DNA of 51,581 bases, the filler included, from Bilabrum cf. latius (Eukaryota), in assembly GCA_965178125.1 (NCBI GenBank). It is 2 parts of 2 records of this genome, joined end to end, with 100 filler letters (N's around TTAATTAATTAA, not from the genome) between each part and the next. Parts side by side here need not be neighbours in the genome. Positions count along the whole stretch, not along the records: positions 1 to 25,822 come from CBCXTV010000037.1; positions 25,923 to 51,581 come from CBCXTV010000038.1. One strand, 5' to 3'. The notes below the pieces were generated by a model that was not told the origin of the DNA, ran no database searches, and saw nothing but the letters and a program-made list of their open reading frames with translations. Shown piece by piece: positions 19,535 through 30,000 of the stretch (positions are counted from its first letter, which is position 1; every line of letters starts with the position of its first letter). The translations under genes were made by a program, and so were the position numbers.

Positions 19535-21820
19535 ATGTCGGCTCCGTTCAAGGGCGAAACGATGAGTTTGTCTGTTGCCGAGTCGCTGAAGTCCCGAGTC
19601 GCATCCTGCTCCTGGGATCCCGCGTGGGTTTCCGCGAGCTGCGTGCCGTGCGATGGCCTCCCCACAAGCCAGGAGTCAGAAGCGTCCACGACGGCGACCT
19701 CTGCTTTGTTAGGGGTGTCCGAGGCGTCCCCAACGTGCTCGTGTGGCCTCGGTGTCTCCAATTCGGTGGCTGCAGCGCGCGCGGCCGCTGTCCCGAGTTT
19801 TGGCTTTGACGATGCGGAGAACGACTTCGACGCCAGTCTCGACATGATTGAGGCCTCATGCGAGGTCGCATGCGAGGCAGAATGCGAGGGCGATCCGGGA
19901 GCCTGCTTGTTGTCCCACGGCAAGTCGAGCGGTCAGTGGCAGATCGGCGTAGTGGGTGAACGAGTCCTTTATGAGGGCCTCAGCGTTGAGGGCGACATTC
20001 CTGGCCGCGTTGCTGCCTCCGAAGCGCTCGCCGCGGGTGTCATCAATTTGGAACCCCCGTCAGAGGAAGTACTTTTGCCGGTGCAGCTTCTGCGGAGTAG
20101 TCAAGGTTACCGTGGGGTTCTGCCCATCGAGGATTCTGCGCCCGATGCGAGGGGGCGACCGCAGATGCTCATGCTTCCCGATTTCGTACCCCCCGTGAAG
20201 AGGCGGCGTCTTCGGCAGAAGTGCGACCCTGCTGAGGGCGATGCAGCACCGAGTCTTGCGGCTCATCTCGGACCTCCGCCCGCGGCTCGTGCCGCGGCCG
20301 GAGCGTCTGGGCCGCAGCGCTCGACTGGAAGGCCTTCGACTCGTCCTATTGATAGTGTCATCTATCGTCTCCTGCGGGTTTTCCCTGACGATTTCAAGTT
20401 GGCGTTTCCGGCGTCGGTGTCACACCAGCGGAAGCGGTGCCTCATCAGGGAGGCGCTTCGCAATGTACCCGGTGACCGCATGTGCATCTTGAAAGACTGG
20501 GCTGCGGGGGCGGAGGACACTCCTTGCCAGCTTCGTTTCGAGGAGCTCTTCCCGGAGCTTGCGCGGCAGCGGGACGAAGTTGTGAGGAATCCGGGATCGC
20601 ATTCAGTGCCCGTGGGCGAGATTGTGCCTGCGTCCGACAAGAACACGAGGCGGGGAAGGGCCGTGATGCTTACCTTTCACGGTCGCTGGGGTGTCGAAAA
20701 GGAGCCTGTGCGCGACATCATGTCGGCATCCGTGGCAAGGGGCGTCCTGAGGCGATTGGTTCTCGCGTCTCCGTTCTATGTGGAGCTTTGGGCCACCTTC
20801 AAGGCATGGGCGCAGGACATCGCGCGGCGGATGATGTGGCCTCAGCTGTCCATGAAAATGGAGCTCTCCCTGCACCGCAAGCACGCCGCAAACTTGGTGC
20901 ACTTCCACGTATGCATGACGGATTCCGAGAAGTCGCATCGTTGTCGCGTGGCGGAGGATTTCATGTGGGCCGGCAGCAGGCCGAATGTCGTCTACGGCTC
21001 CGGGCGGTCAGCGAAAGCGCAGGAACGTGGCGCGTCGGAGTTACACTATTATTGTCAAGCTCCCAAAGTCGGTGCGCTGCTTTGCGCCACGAACTACCGA
21101 GCCGGACGCGATTTCGTCGTCAATGGTAAGTTCGTGCACGCGTTGTTCGCACGCTTCAAAATGGATCCGGACGTCGCGAGAAGGGAACTCGTGGCGTATC
21201 GGTGTCGGGACGCCGAGAACTTAGTGCGCGCCATCGACTTCCACATACAGAATGCCGCGGAGAGGAGAGAGGTGTGCGCGCAGGCCGCGGTGCACGTAGT
21301 GACGAAGCTCCGCCCCTTTAAGGTGGTGCCCGAAGTCGAGAAGTGGCGCGAGAGCTATCGTCAGGAGTGGTTCGCGCACATGCGCTTCAAGTTCCTTGTC
21401 TTGGTGGGGGACTCCCGGTTCGGGAAGACAGTGTACGCGCGGAATCTCTTCGGGAGCGAAAGGACTCTTGTTGTGAACTGTCAGGGCAGTGTGGAACCTC
21501 CGCTCCGTGGCTTCGATCGAAGTCGGCATGTGGCCATTGTGTTCGACGAGGCAAATGCCCTGTGGGTCGTCAACAACAAACAGGTCTTTCAGGCTGGCCT
21601 TGACCCCTCCCTGCTCGGCCAGAGCAAGACGAACAGCCTCGCATACTCTGTGTGGCTCCACGGTATCGCCCTGATCATCTGCACGAATTCGTGGGGCTCT
21701 GACGTGACGGAGTCGGTGGACCGCGAGTGGCTTGACAACAACTGTACGAAAGTGGAGGTGAAAGATCGGCTCTACTTCGACGAGGACTTGTTGTCTCTCA
21801 CGGATGTGCAGAAGAGCTGA
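19535..21820 (+). CDS. rep: CRESS-DNA-virus-like replication initiator (HUH endonuclease + SF3 helicase) with long N-terminal extension
   Basis: Motif I AVMLTFH, motif II VHFHVCM, motif III HYYCQAPK. Walker A LVGDSRFGKT, Walker B IVFDE, motif C IICTN. C-terminal WLDNNCTKVEV as in gemini/genomovirus Reps. Confidence 0.92.
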   Translation: MSAPFKGETMSLSVAESLKSRVASCSWDPAWVSASCVPCDGLPTSQESEASTTATSALLGVSEASPTCSCGLGVSNSVAAARAAAVPSFGFDDAENDFDASLDMIEASCEVACEAECEGDPGACLLSHGKSSGQWQIGVVGERVLYEGLSVEGDIPGRVAASEALAAGVINLEPPSEEVLLPVQLLRSSQGYRGVLPIEDSAPDARGRPQMLMLPDFVPPVKRRRLRQKCDPAEGDAAPSLAAHLGPPPAARAAAGASGPQRSTGRPSTRPIDSVIYRLLRVFPDDFKLAFPASVSHQRKRCLIREALRNVPGDRMCILKDWAAGAEDTPCQLRFEELFPELARQRDEVVRNPGSHSVPVGEIVPASDKNTRRGRAVMLTFHGRWGVEKEPVRDIMSASVARGVLRRLVLASPFYVELWATFKAWAQDIARRMMWPQLSMKMELSLHRKHAANLVHFHVCMTDSEKSHRCRVAEDFMWAGSRPNVVYGSGRSAKAQERGASELHYYCQAPKVGALLCATNYRAGRDFVVNGKFVHALFARFKMDPDVARRELVAYRCRDAENLVRAIDFHIQNAAERREVCAQAAVHVVTKLRPFKVVPEVEKWRESYRQEWFAHMRFKFLVLVGDSRFGKTVYARNLFGSERTLVVNCQGSVEPPLRGFDRSRHVAIVFDEANALWVVNNKQVFQAGLDPSLLGQSKTNSLAYSVWLHGIALIICTNSWGSDVTESVDREWLDNNCTKVEVKDRLYFDEDLLSLTDVQKS

Positions 21821-22224
21821 CGCCGGCCGCTGAGGTTTTCAGTCCGGTTCACACGAGCGCCGGAGCCGCAGCGGCAGCCGCTTCGGTGCTCCTGAAGGTC
21901 TAATGTCCTCAATGCGTTTCGTGTGCAAAAAGGATGTGATTTCTACATGGGGGCATTCCGCAAGTTTCATGTGGTCCGTCGCGTTCGTCCGGGGGAGTGC
22001 TTGCCTAGTATTGGGAGCTTGCCTGACACACACACACGTGGCACCCAGCCTGATGGGTTGCAAGTGTGTGTGTGTCTCCGCAGTGCCGCGGTTGGGACCC
22101 GGCGGGTCGTTTGCTTTTACGTCGCCGCGTCGCGCGCCGACGAGACATTTCTTGGTCTCAGAAGCCTCTGCTTCCGGTAGGCGCGCCGTGTACGCTCGCG
22201 GGCCGAAGGTGGGTGCGTTGCTTG

Positions 22225-22917
22225 ATGGCCTACGTCGGTATCGCCGATGCACCGTATGTGCCCGTGGTTGCCGCGTCGACCTCCGAGCACGCCCCGGAGG
22301 GCGAGGTGGAGATGATGCTTGCGCCTCTTGCCGGAGATGTCGGTTTCAAGCGGCCTCGCGTGTTTCCTCCCGGTTCGCGACTTCTTCCTAAGTCGCCGGC
22401 CCATCCGGCGGTGCTCATAACAGCGCTCGGCAGTGAGGCACCCCAGGACACACAGTGCGTCGTTTGGTCGGACTCTAAGGCTTTCGACCTCGCGGAGTTT
22501 GTATGCTCTTCCTGCGGCTGCAATCGTGTCATGGCGGACCTGAATCATCGTATGCGTGATCGTCTCGTACGTCGCGTGCAGCGCACGCTTTATGCCGATG
22601 ATTCTCCGTGCGGCAGGGGTGCGATTTCGTGTCGTGCTTGTCGCGAGAAGGCGCGCGACGCGGCGCCGAAGACGTCGATTATGAACGCGGCGAACAAGAA
22701 GAAGATCTCGGGAACTCTTCGCATGCAGTTGGATCTCATTGTAGAGACCGGGGAGCGGAAGGGTCAGCGTTGTACTGCGGAGAAAATTCTGACGTTGGGA
22801 ACGATGAAGCAGCACAGGGTTTTCGAGAGGGACCTTTACGATGAGGCATGGCGCGGGCTTGTTCGTCTGTCTGGACGCGAGGCTTGGAGCGATGACGACT
22901 CGTGGTCTCCGCGTTGA
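22225..22917 (+). CDS. Hypothetical Cys-cluster protein (230 aa)
   Basis: ATG 22225; CSSCGC...CGRGAISCRAC; co-oriented downstream of Rep. Confidence 0.6.
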   Translation: MAYVGIADAPYVPVVAASTSEHAPEGEVEMMLAPLAGDVGFKRPRVFPPGSRLLPKSPAHPAVLITALGSEAPQDTQCVVWSDSKAFDLAEFVCSSCGCNRVMADLNHRMRDRLVRRVQRTLYADDSPCGRGAISCRACREKARDAAPKTSIMNAANKKKISGTLRMQLDLIVETGERKGQRCTAEKILTLGTMKQHRVFERDLYDEAWRGLVRLSGREAWSDDDSWSPR

Positions 22918-23124
22918 GCTTGCGTGACGGTTTTCCCTCTTAACCTGGCCTCTTGCGTGGCGCTGCTTCCGCGTGTGGCCTGAGCGTGCGACCTGAGCGT
23001 TCGGCCTGCTGTCGCGTGTGACCTGAGCGAACGGGCGCTCGACAGTATCCCGCGTTTGTTGCTTCTGGGGTTCAAGAAACTTGTACTTTTTGGGCTGTAC
23101 GGTGGTCAGTGGTGCACGGTTCGT

Positions 23125-23250
23125 TCGCAGCCTCCGCGTTGTTGGAAAGCTATGGTGGAGCATGGTTCTTTTCGCAGCCTCCGCGTTGTGATCAAGCTAC
23201 GGTGGAGCATGGTTCGTGAGCATGGTTCTTTTCGCAGCCTCCGCGTTGTT
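23125..23250. repeat. Short tandem repeat (three tcgcagcctccgcgttgt copies)
   Basis: Copies near 23125, 23172 and 23232. Confidence 0.85.
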
Positions 23251-24036
23251 GACACGTGAAAGCTACGCGAACGTGACCACACAATAGGCCATACCCCAGG
23301 TGAAATCCGGACTCGGACATCCAGACGAAACGGCATCATGCACACTGTTGAACACACAAATGACACTGAGCTCCACCGTAACGTAACTTTCCATCACCAC
23401 CTGGTTTATTTTCTCCGCGATGGCAGCTTGGCGGTGACGCTGTGTCTTCGGGCATGAAGGGGCAAATCTTTGGTTTTTTGGGCCCTGTTTCGGTCACCGA
23501 AAAGTCGTGTGATTTCTGGCGCGCAGGAGGAGTGACGCAAGGTATTTCTGAACCGTTTTCCGGACGCTTTCCGGGCCTCCCATGTGACCGCTTTTTGCGT
23601 ACCGAAACACGTTCCGCGCGTGAGGAGCAGATGCGGATCTCCGCGGGGTCCTAGTTGTGTCCTTTTTCGGGGGACGAAATCGGGCGCACTTGTCGTGCCG
23701 ATTCGTGGTCGTCTCTGAGACCGGCTGCGAGTCGGGAAAGGTGCCCGGGAGATGCTCGTGTCCTTGGCTTCGTATTTCTCCGCGTATTCTTCAAACGCGG
23801 GCGCACGTCTCCTACCGATTCGTGGTCGGTTTCCGAGGCCGATCGCGAGTCGGGAAATGCGCCCGCGATGCGCTCTCGATCTCGGAAAGGGCGGGAGTCC
23901 GTTCTTGCATTCGGAATGGGCGGGGAGTTGCTTTTCCTGGGAGCATGTGCGAGATTCCTTCTCCGCGGGTCCTCTTTCGGCTTCGGCAGTCAGCAGCGCA
24001 CTCTGCGGGAACGGCATTCTCCGAGTCTCTTTGCCG

Positions 24037-25044
24037 ATGATGTCTGAGGAGAAACCGTCCGAGAGCATTGCTGTTTCCTTGGGAGACGGCCGCAATCTTC
24101 GTGGGCGTCGAGGCGCCGGTGATATGGGAAACGAGGGCGGCATGTTGGCGCGCGAGGTCGACGCCCCGGCGGAGCACGCCGGCGCGGCGGCAAGCGTCGA
24201 TGATTCGGGCGGCCCCCACATCGAGAGCGGCGGCGCGGAGGCGGCGTCCACGGGGATGCTCGGAGAGGAGAGCGGCAAGGCAGCGCCGAAGGAGGACGCC
24301 GAAGACGACGGCGGCAAGAAGACGGAGGAGGAGGATGCTCGCGGCGGTGGACGTGCTGTGGTGCCCGGAGGTAATGACGACGTATGGACCGACGCAGCAG
24401 CTTGGAAGGCGGGTGGCGGCGTGGCAGCCGGGGCGGTCTCTGGCGCTGATAGCTGGGTTCTATGGGGGACCCCTGCGAAGTCGTCATGGGGGGAGACGTA
24501 CGTGCCGCGGCAGGTCGCGCCGGAGCCGGCGGAGGAGGCGACATGGACTTGCAACGCGTGCCAGTGCTGCAAGCCCCGGTCGGCGTACTTCAAGAAGTGG
24601 AAGGACTGGATCCAACCAGTTTGCCGGGTGTGTTGCGACAAGTTCGACAACGCGACGCCGTGGTGGGTGTGGTGCAAGAACTGCAAAAACGAGTATCCGG
24701 CGTACCGATTTCCCCAGATCCGCCGGAAGAAGGAGAACCTGCGCTATTTCTTCCCTGAGGACTGGTGCGCGAAGTGCCTGGTTGCGCGTGGCTGGAGTCT
24801 CCATGATGTCCGTTCCTCTGCGGGTGAAGCGAAGCGTTGGGTGCCAAAAGCTGGCGCGAATACCGGTGACGGCGACAACGACGCTCGTGCTCCCGCACGC
24901 GACGAGCTTCCTGCAGGAGGCGCCGCCTCCTGCAGCAACGCCGTGCGTCAGAGTTCTTCGCGTGACGAGGCCTTGGATGACATCAAGCGGGCCATGGAGC
25001 TTCTCCAGAATGCGGAAAGGTTCCTCCTCACGATGCCAGCGTGA
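24037..25044 (+). CDS. Hypothetical protein with acidic N-terminus and tandem CxxC zinc fingers (335 aa)
   Basis: WTCNACQCCKPRSAYF...VCRVC and WCKNCKNEYPAYRF...WCAKC; C-terminal amphipathic helix. Confidence 0.7.
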   Translation: MMSEEKPSESIAVSLGDGRNLRGRRGAGDMGNEGGMLAREVDAPAEHAGAAASVDDSGGPHIESGGAEAASTGMLGEESGKAAPKEDAEDDGGKKTEEEDARGGGRAVVPGGNDDVWTDAAAWKAGGGVAAGAVSGADSWVLWGTPAKSSWGETYVPRQVAPEPAEEATWTCNACQCCKPRSAYFKKWKDWIQPVCRVCCDKFDNATPWWVWCKNCKNEYPAYRFPQIRRKKENLRYFFPEDWCAKCLVARGWSLHDVRSSAGEAKRWVPKAGANTGDGDNDARAPARDELPAGGAASCSNAVRQSSSRDEALDDIKRAMELLQNAERFLLTMPA

Positions 25045-25244
25045 CGCGGGAGCTTCCCGAGTGGGTCCGTCGTACTGTGAGGGCGCTCCGGAAGGAAGAG
25101 CGCGAGTGAGTCATCCTTGCGCCGAGGTGAGCGCGACGTCGGAGGAGCACGGTCGTTTGATTGGGAACGATATGGTCGGCAGAGTGTGAAAATCCGAGTT
25201 TCTCGTGCAGGATTGGGCAGCTCTCTAGATATCTTGCCTGGGAA

Positions 25245-25822
25245 GGGTGTGATGCGGTGGGAGCGCTTCCGCCTCACGTGGCAGACGTCCACACTTCCTG
25301 GTTCCCCGGCAGGCTGTTTGGCGAGACGGAGTGGCAAAGCATCCGCCTGCTGATTCCTACTTTGTTACCTCGATTGTGAGCTCGGAGCTTGGGGCGGAGG
25401 ATTCTGCGGGCAGCTCATGTGTGCCTAGAGTGTCATCCCGCGACCCTCTGACTTCTGTTCGTGGCTTTACCTCTTCGCGCAGGAAGATTCCTCATGAGGC
25501 AAGCCCGGTCCGAACTCGCGTGGGATGCCGTGCGCTGGTGCGGCTTCCACTCATCCCCGGGGTGGGGAGCGCTGGGTAAAGGATCGTCTGTCCCTGCAAG
25601 TTTCGATTCGGCGAGGTGCGGCAGCATGACGCGGACCGAGGTGAAGTCCTTTGTCCGCGATAGGTCGCCGCGTCGCGCGGTGGCGACCCCACAGCGCCCA
25701 AATCCCATTCCGGAGAGGGGGTGTGATGCAGTGGGAGCCCTTCCGCCTCACGTGACAGACGTTCACACTTCCTGGTTCCCATAAGGTCTTCAGCACAGCG
25801 CATGCGAGGCAGGCTGTTCGGC
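25245..25822 (+). repeat. Local ~470-500-bp tandem duplication whose second copy is completed by positions 1-403
   Basis: gggtgtgatgc.gtgggagc occurs at 25245 and 25719; the second copy stops at the contig end exactly where position 1 resumes. Confidence 0.9.
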
Positions 25823-25922
25823 NNNNNNNNNNNNNNNNNNNNNNNNNNNNNNNNNNNNNNNNNNNNTTAATTAATTAANNNNNNNNNNNNNNNNNNNNNN
25901 NNNNNNNNNNNNNNNNNNNNNN
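25823..25922. other. Artificial contig-joining spacer
   Basis: 44 N + TTAATTAATTAA (stops in all six frames) + 44 N = exactly 100 nt. Confidence 0.97.
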
Positions 25923-26184
25923 CCGGTGGAGTGAAACTGGCGTGTCAAGCCCTGGGGAAACGCGTGGAATCAACAAGCTTTCGAACAACTTGGCCCGTCG
26001 AACCCTCATGAGAAAGTTCCGGGGCGTTCGGGGTGGGCTGCGTGCAGAGCTTGACTCTCCCTGAAGTACTTGCGCGTGAGCTCGCACCAAGGAACAATGG
26101 AGAAGAATGAACAAGACCTTCTATCAATGCGCCGGCGCCTGCCGAACACTTGCGCAACTTTTCAAACCAAGTGTGGGCGATACA

Positions 26185-26620
26185 CCCCCCCCCCCCCCCC
26201 CCCCCCCCCCACCCCCCCCCCCCCCCCCCCCCCCCCCACCCCCCAACCCCCCCCCCCCCCCCCCCTCTAAACCACCCCACCCCACCCCACCCCACCCCCA
26301 CCCAACGCCACCCCAATCCCCTCCGCCCACCCCCATCCACCCCACCCACCCACCCACCCACCCACCCACCCACCCACCCACCCACCCACCCACCCACCCC
26401 CACCCCCACCCCCCACCCCCACCCCAACCCAACCCACCCCACCCCACCCCACCCCACCCCGACCCGCCACACCCCACCCCACCCCACCCCACCCCACCCC
26501 AACCCACCCAACCCCACCCCACCCCACCAACCACCCACCGACCCCACTCCACCCCCACCCCACCCCATCCCACCCCACCCCACCCCACCCCACCCCCACC
26601 CCATCCCACCCCACCCCACC
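26185..26620. repeat. Poly-C / (CCCA)n / (CCCCA)n low-complexity tract
   Basis: Directly visible; G-rich on the minus strand (G-quadruplex-prone). Confidence 0.95.
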
Positions 26621-27007
26621 GCAACTGTGCACCAATCTGCGTGGTACTGGCTGTCTGCCTCCCTCCCTCCCCCCTTCCCCCGGCTCATGCACCAACTCTG
26701 GGCAGTCCGACCTTCCCCCCTTCTCCCCGAGGGGCTCTGCGCCGCCCGGACTCTGCACCCCCCCAAACCAAACCAAGACGCACCGTCCCGACTTCGAAGA
26801 CCTCTGTGCTCCACACACCACGCGACGCTTTTACTGGCCGGCGGCGATGGCGATGGCAGACGGTCCGCTCAACCCGCCCGGCCGGCTCACGAGAACAATC
26901 TGCCGGCTTTACCCCAACATCTCAGACATCATGGCTGGCTTGCCCATGCCCATGCGGCGCTTCCCCGCGCGCATACCCCCGAACAACAGCCGAAGAAGCA
27001 CCTTACC

Positions 27008-30000
27008 TCACGCCGCTGCCTTGATCATCGCGTTGATCTTGGCGGCGATAGCTGGGGCAACCTCGCTGATGGTGAAGTTCTTATCCTTCAAGGCTTGGAG
27101 AAGTTGCTCTGCATGCTTCCTCTTGGCTGCCTCATCTTTCACCTTGGGGAACTCTACGAAGACTTTGTGCAACGCATACGTCAAGCTCATGGTCGCGTAA
27201 CCCAAGTCCCGGGACGTCGTTTAGCAGCTTTAAAGGGCCGACGGCTCCAACACTGTCCCTCCGCTCTGCTTCACGATCGCTTGCGATGCCCCGATCATCT
27301 CGTTCAACTTGTTTGCTGTCGGTGTGAGCTCGGCGAAGTGCTTGTTCAAGATCAACGCCTTGAGCATATCCTTTTCCGGGAACGTGTCGGTTTTGGCCAC
27401 ACTCTGCCACTGGGGGCAACCAACCCGACAAGGCATCGGACAACGCGCCCATGTGGTTCGCCCAAGTCTGCCGAATCTCGCTGCCGAGAGTGTCTGCGTG
27501 TTTGCATCGCCGTCTGGATCATCGCGTCGGCATCCGTCACCTCCACAAGCCTCATGCGGCCAAAGGTATCGTCATGCTTGAACACGTCTCCGATGCCGTT
27601 CGCGTTGGCGGCCTGGACCTTTCGGGCGCACTTCGCGTGCGCCACGTAGAGCTGACGTAGACCTGGAACTGCCATGCGTTATTGGAGACTCAAGACCCAA
27701 AAGCGCCAGCCCATGGCGCAATGCACTTTCGAGGGCGTCGCGCGGGGTGCTGACTTGGGCTGGCCGCTTGTCAAGGATCGCTGCCATGGCGAGGGGTTGG
27801 CGACGGGCCGGCAAGGGGTTGGGAGGGCTGGTGAGGCGCTGGCGAGCGACGAGTGGCCGGCGTGGGGTTGGCGACGGGCTGGCGAGGTGCGGCGAGGGGC
27901 TGGCGAGGAGGCTGGCAAGGTGCTGGCGAGGGGCGAGGTACTGGCGCAAGGCTGGCGAGGGGCTAGCGAGGGGGGCCAACCTGGCTGCAAGATCGACCGG
28001 CTCTCCTCGTTCGTCGCCGCGCTCCAAGCCGCGTGCAAGAGGCGCTGAGCCCCCTGCAAACGCATGAAGTTGCTCACGAACCTCACCTCCTGATCCATCC
28101 TGCTGTCGTCGAAGTGGGCGATCGCATCGAGAAGCTTCTTGTACTCCTCCGGGTCCTCGCAATCGCCGTCGGCCTTGAACACCTCGTTCGCCTGGCGGAA
28201 GTTGGAAAGGGTTGGGCCAAGTGACCTGTGACATGCGCGGCATACAGATGCTGAGATATTTCTCAAGCGGGGCGCGGCATGACGAGGATTGGTTGCTAAG
28301 CGCAATGGAAAATAAGAGGCGAAAAAAATGGTCGCGGCGGCGCCTTTTCTTCCCACGCGGTGTACATCGGCTTAAGCAACTCCTGCGCTTTTTCGACCAA
28401 GCCCGCCACCTCATCCCGGAAGCCCGCGACCTTGACACTGAGGCGCTCGAGCGCACTCTGATCCAAGCCGAACTCTGTCAACGCGGTTTTCTGCGTGTCC
28501 GACGGCGCCAAGCCCTGCCGCAAGAGCTGCAAGCCCCCCACTCCGCATGCCCCAAACGTCTACAACGACCCCTTCCCTCCGTCGGTATCGCACCCATGGT
28601 CCACATTGCACATCTGCCCCTGCTTTTGAGACTCGTGGCGCACATGGACATGCATGCAAGCACACCCGCTCACAAAAGCCTTCAACAACTGCACACGCGC
28701 TGCGACTTCCGGCAAGGTCATGTCGGCGACCGTCTTCGACGTCTCCTCCTGCACGGATCCGAACGCACATGCATGTGTGACCTGTCCCTGTCGGTCTCTC
28801 TCCGGACTCCTGGCTGCGCAACGTGCAGTCCACTACCTGGCATCGGCGAACACATGCCATATGCCTGTCCTTACCAACTGGAGCGCAGCTTGACGCCCAT
28901 ACCAAAGATATCCCACCGCTGATTGGCGAACGCCTGTATCCCACCCTTCGCCCCTACACCTGCGCTCCTGTCCGCCCGCCCTGCCACCGATCTGCCTGCC
29001 TTCTCGCTTGCCTGCCTCGCTCTGCGTGCCTGCCTGCCGCTTTCTTGCCTGCTGACCTGTCTGCCTGCCTGCCCACATGCCACCTGGCCGGCGGCCAGAG
29101 CATATCCGTCAGCAAAGCGAAAGGGGGTGGGGGGTCTTGGATGTGAGGACCCTCCTGCCCGGACCCGAAAGAGTCCCGCGCACGAGCATGACGTTTGTAG
29201 ACGTCGATCAAAAACGCCATGCCCTCTCGCATGGGTGGGCTGAGCAACGTGGTCTCGTTCAAGGCAAGGATCGCGTTCCACAAGTCGGACACTGCGTCGT
29301 AGGTCGACTCGTCCTGCATGTAGGCCTTCCTTGAGAGGACGCACAAGGCACTCACAATCTCCTGGAGGACGTTCCGAAGCCCTCCATACGACTTGAGCTC
29401 TACCGACAACTTCACAAAGGCCTCGTCCGCAACCCTTAATTTGGTAGCGACAGCGGGGAAGAACTCCAACGGGTTGGGCACCAACTCCTCGAGGTCCTTC
29501 GGCAACATGGCTTGCACTGGCTCCAACACTGCACTCACTTTAGACGCCATCTCCTCCTTGCGCACGAAACTCTCGAGAAGCTCTTGGGCTTTCGAGAGCA
29601 ACCTTCGGCCACCCGGCAACACCACCAACGAGTGCGCGGGCGAGGCGGGCATGTTCACTTCCTTGTCGCCATGCGTGCACTCACGAAAACCGAAGATGAC
29701 CATGACTCGAAAACGCTTGCCGCAAAGTGCGCACCCTTGCCAAGACGCACAAACGCAAGCGAAGCGCAATCCCAAGCAAGCGAAGCGCAATCCCAAGCAA
29801 GGCGTGCACCAACGCATCTCTTTTTCCATGGCTGTCCTGAATGGCCCCCGCAAGGACTCCAGAGTCGCGTCGTCGCAATTCACAATCACATCCACTGCCC
29901 ACACCGCCGTATCGACCCGATCGTCCAAGAGGACGCCATCGCGCAAGTCCGCATCCAAGAGCTTCTCCCTCATGCGGTCCAGCAAGTCCTCGTTGTTCTC

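Larger units (their letters stand above)
1..25822 (+). mobile_element. Putative ~25.8-kb circular or tandemly repeated Rep(HUH-SF3)/DDE virus-like element (whole contig)
   Basis: Seven intronless co-oriented ORFs, including Rep and a DDE transposase. The contig end (...aggcaggctgttcggc, 25822) continues into position 1 (gagacgtagtggc), as in the internal paralogous copy aggctgtttggc|gagacggagtggc at 25311-25335. Confidence 0.7.

Noticed and set aside
19535-21820. Helitron RepHel or Replitron transposase
   Set aside because: The helicase has SF3 motifs (A/B/C), not PIF1/SF1, and Replitrons lack a helicase.
1-25822. Capsid gene or a definite virus call
   Set aside because: No ORF was recognisable as a capsid by eye; a structural search is needed.
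25823-25922. Functional linkage of the Rep unit with the DNMT/hAT cluster
   Set aside because: They are separated by an artificial spacer.
25945-27024. Pro/His-rich and Gly/Trp-rich ORFs
   Set aside because: They are translations of the C-rich simple repeat.
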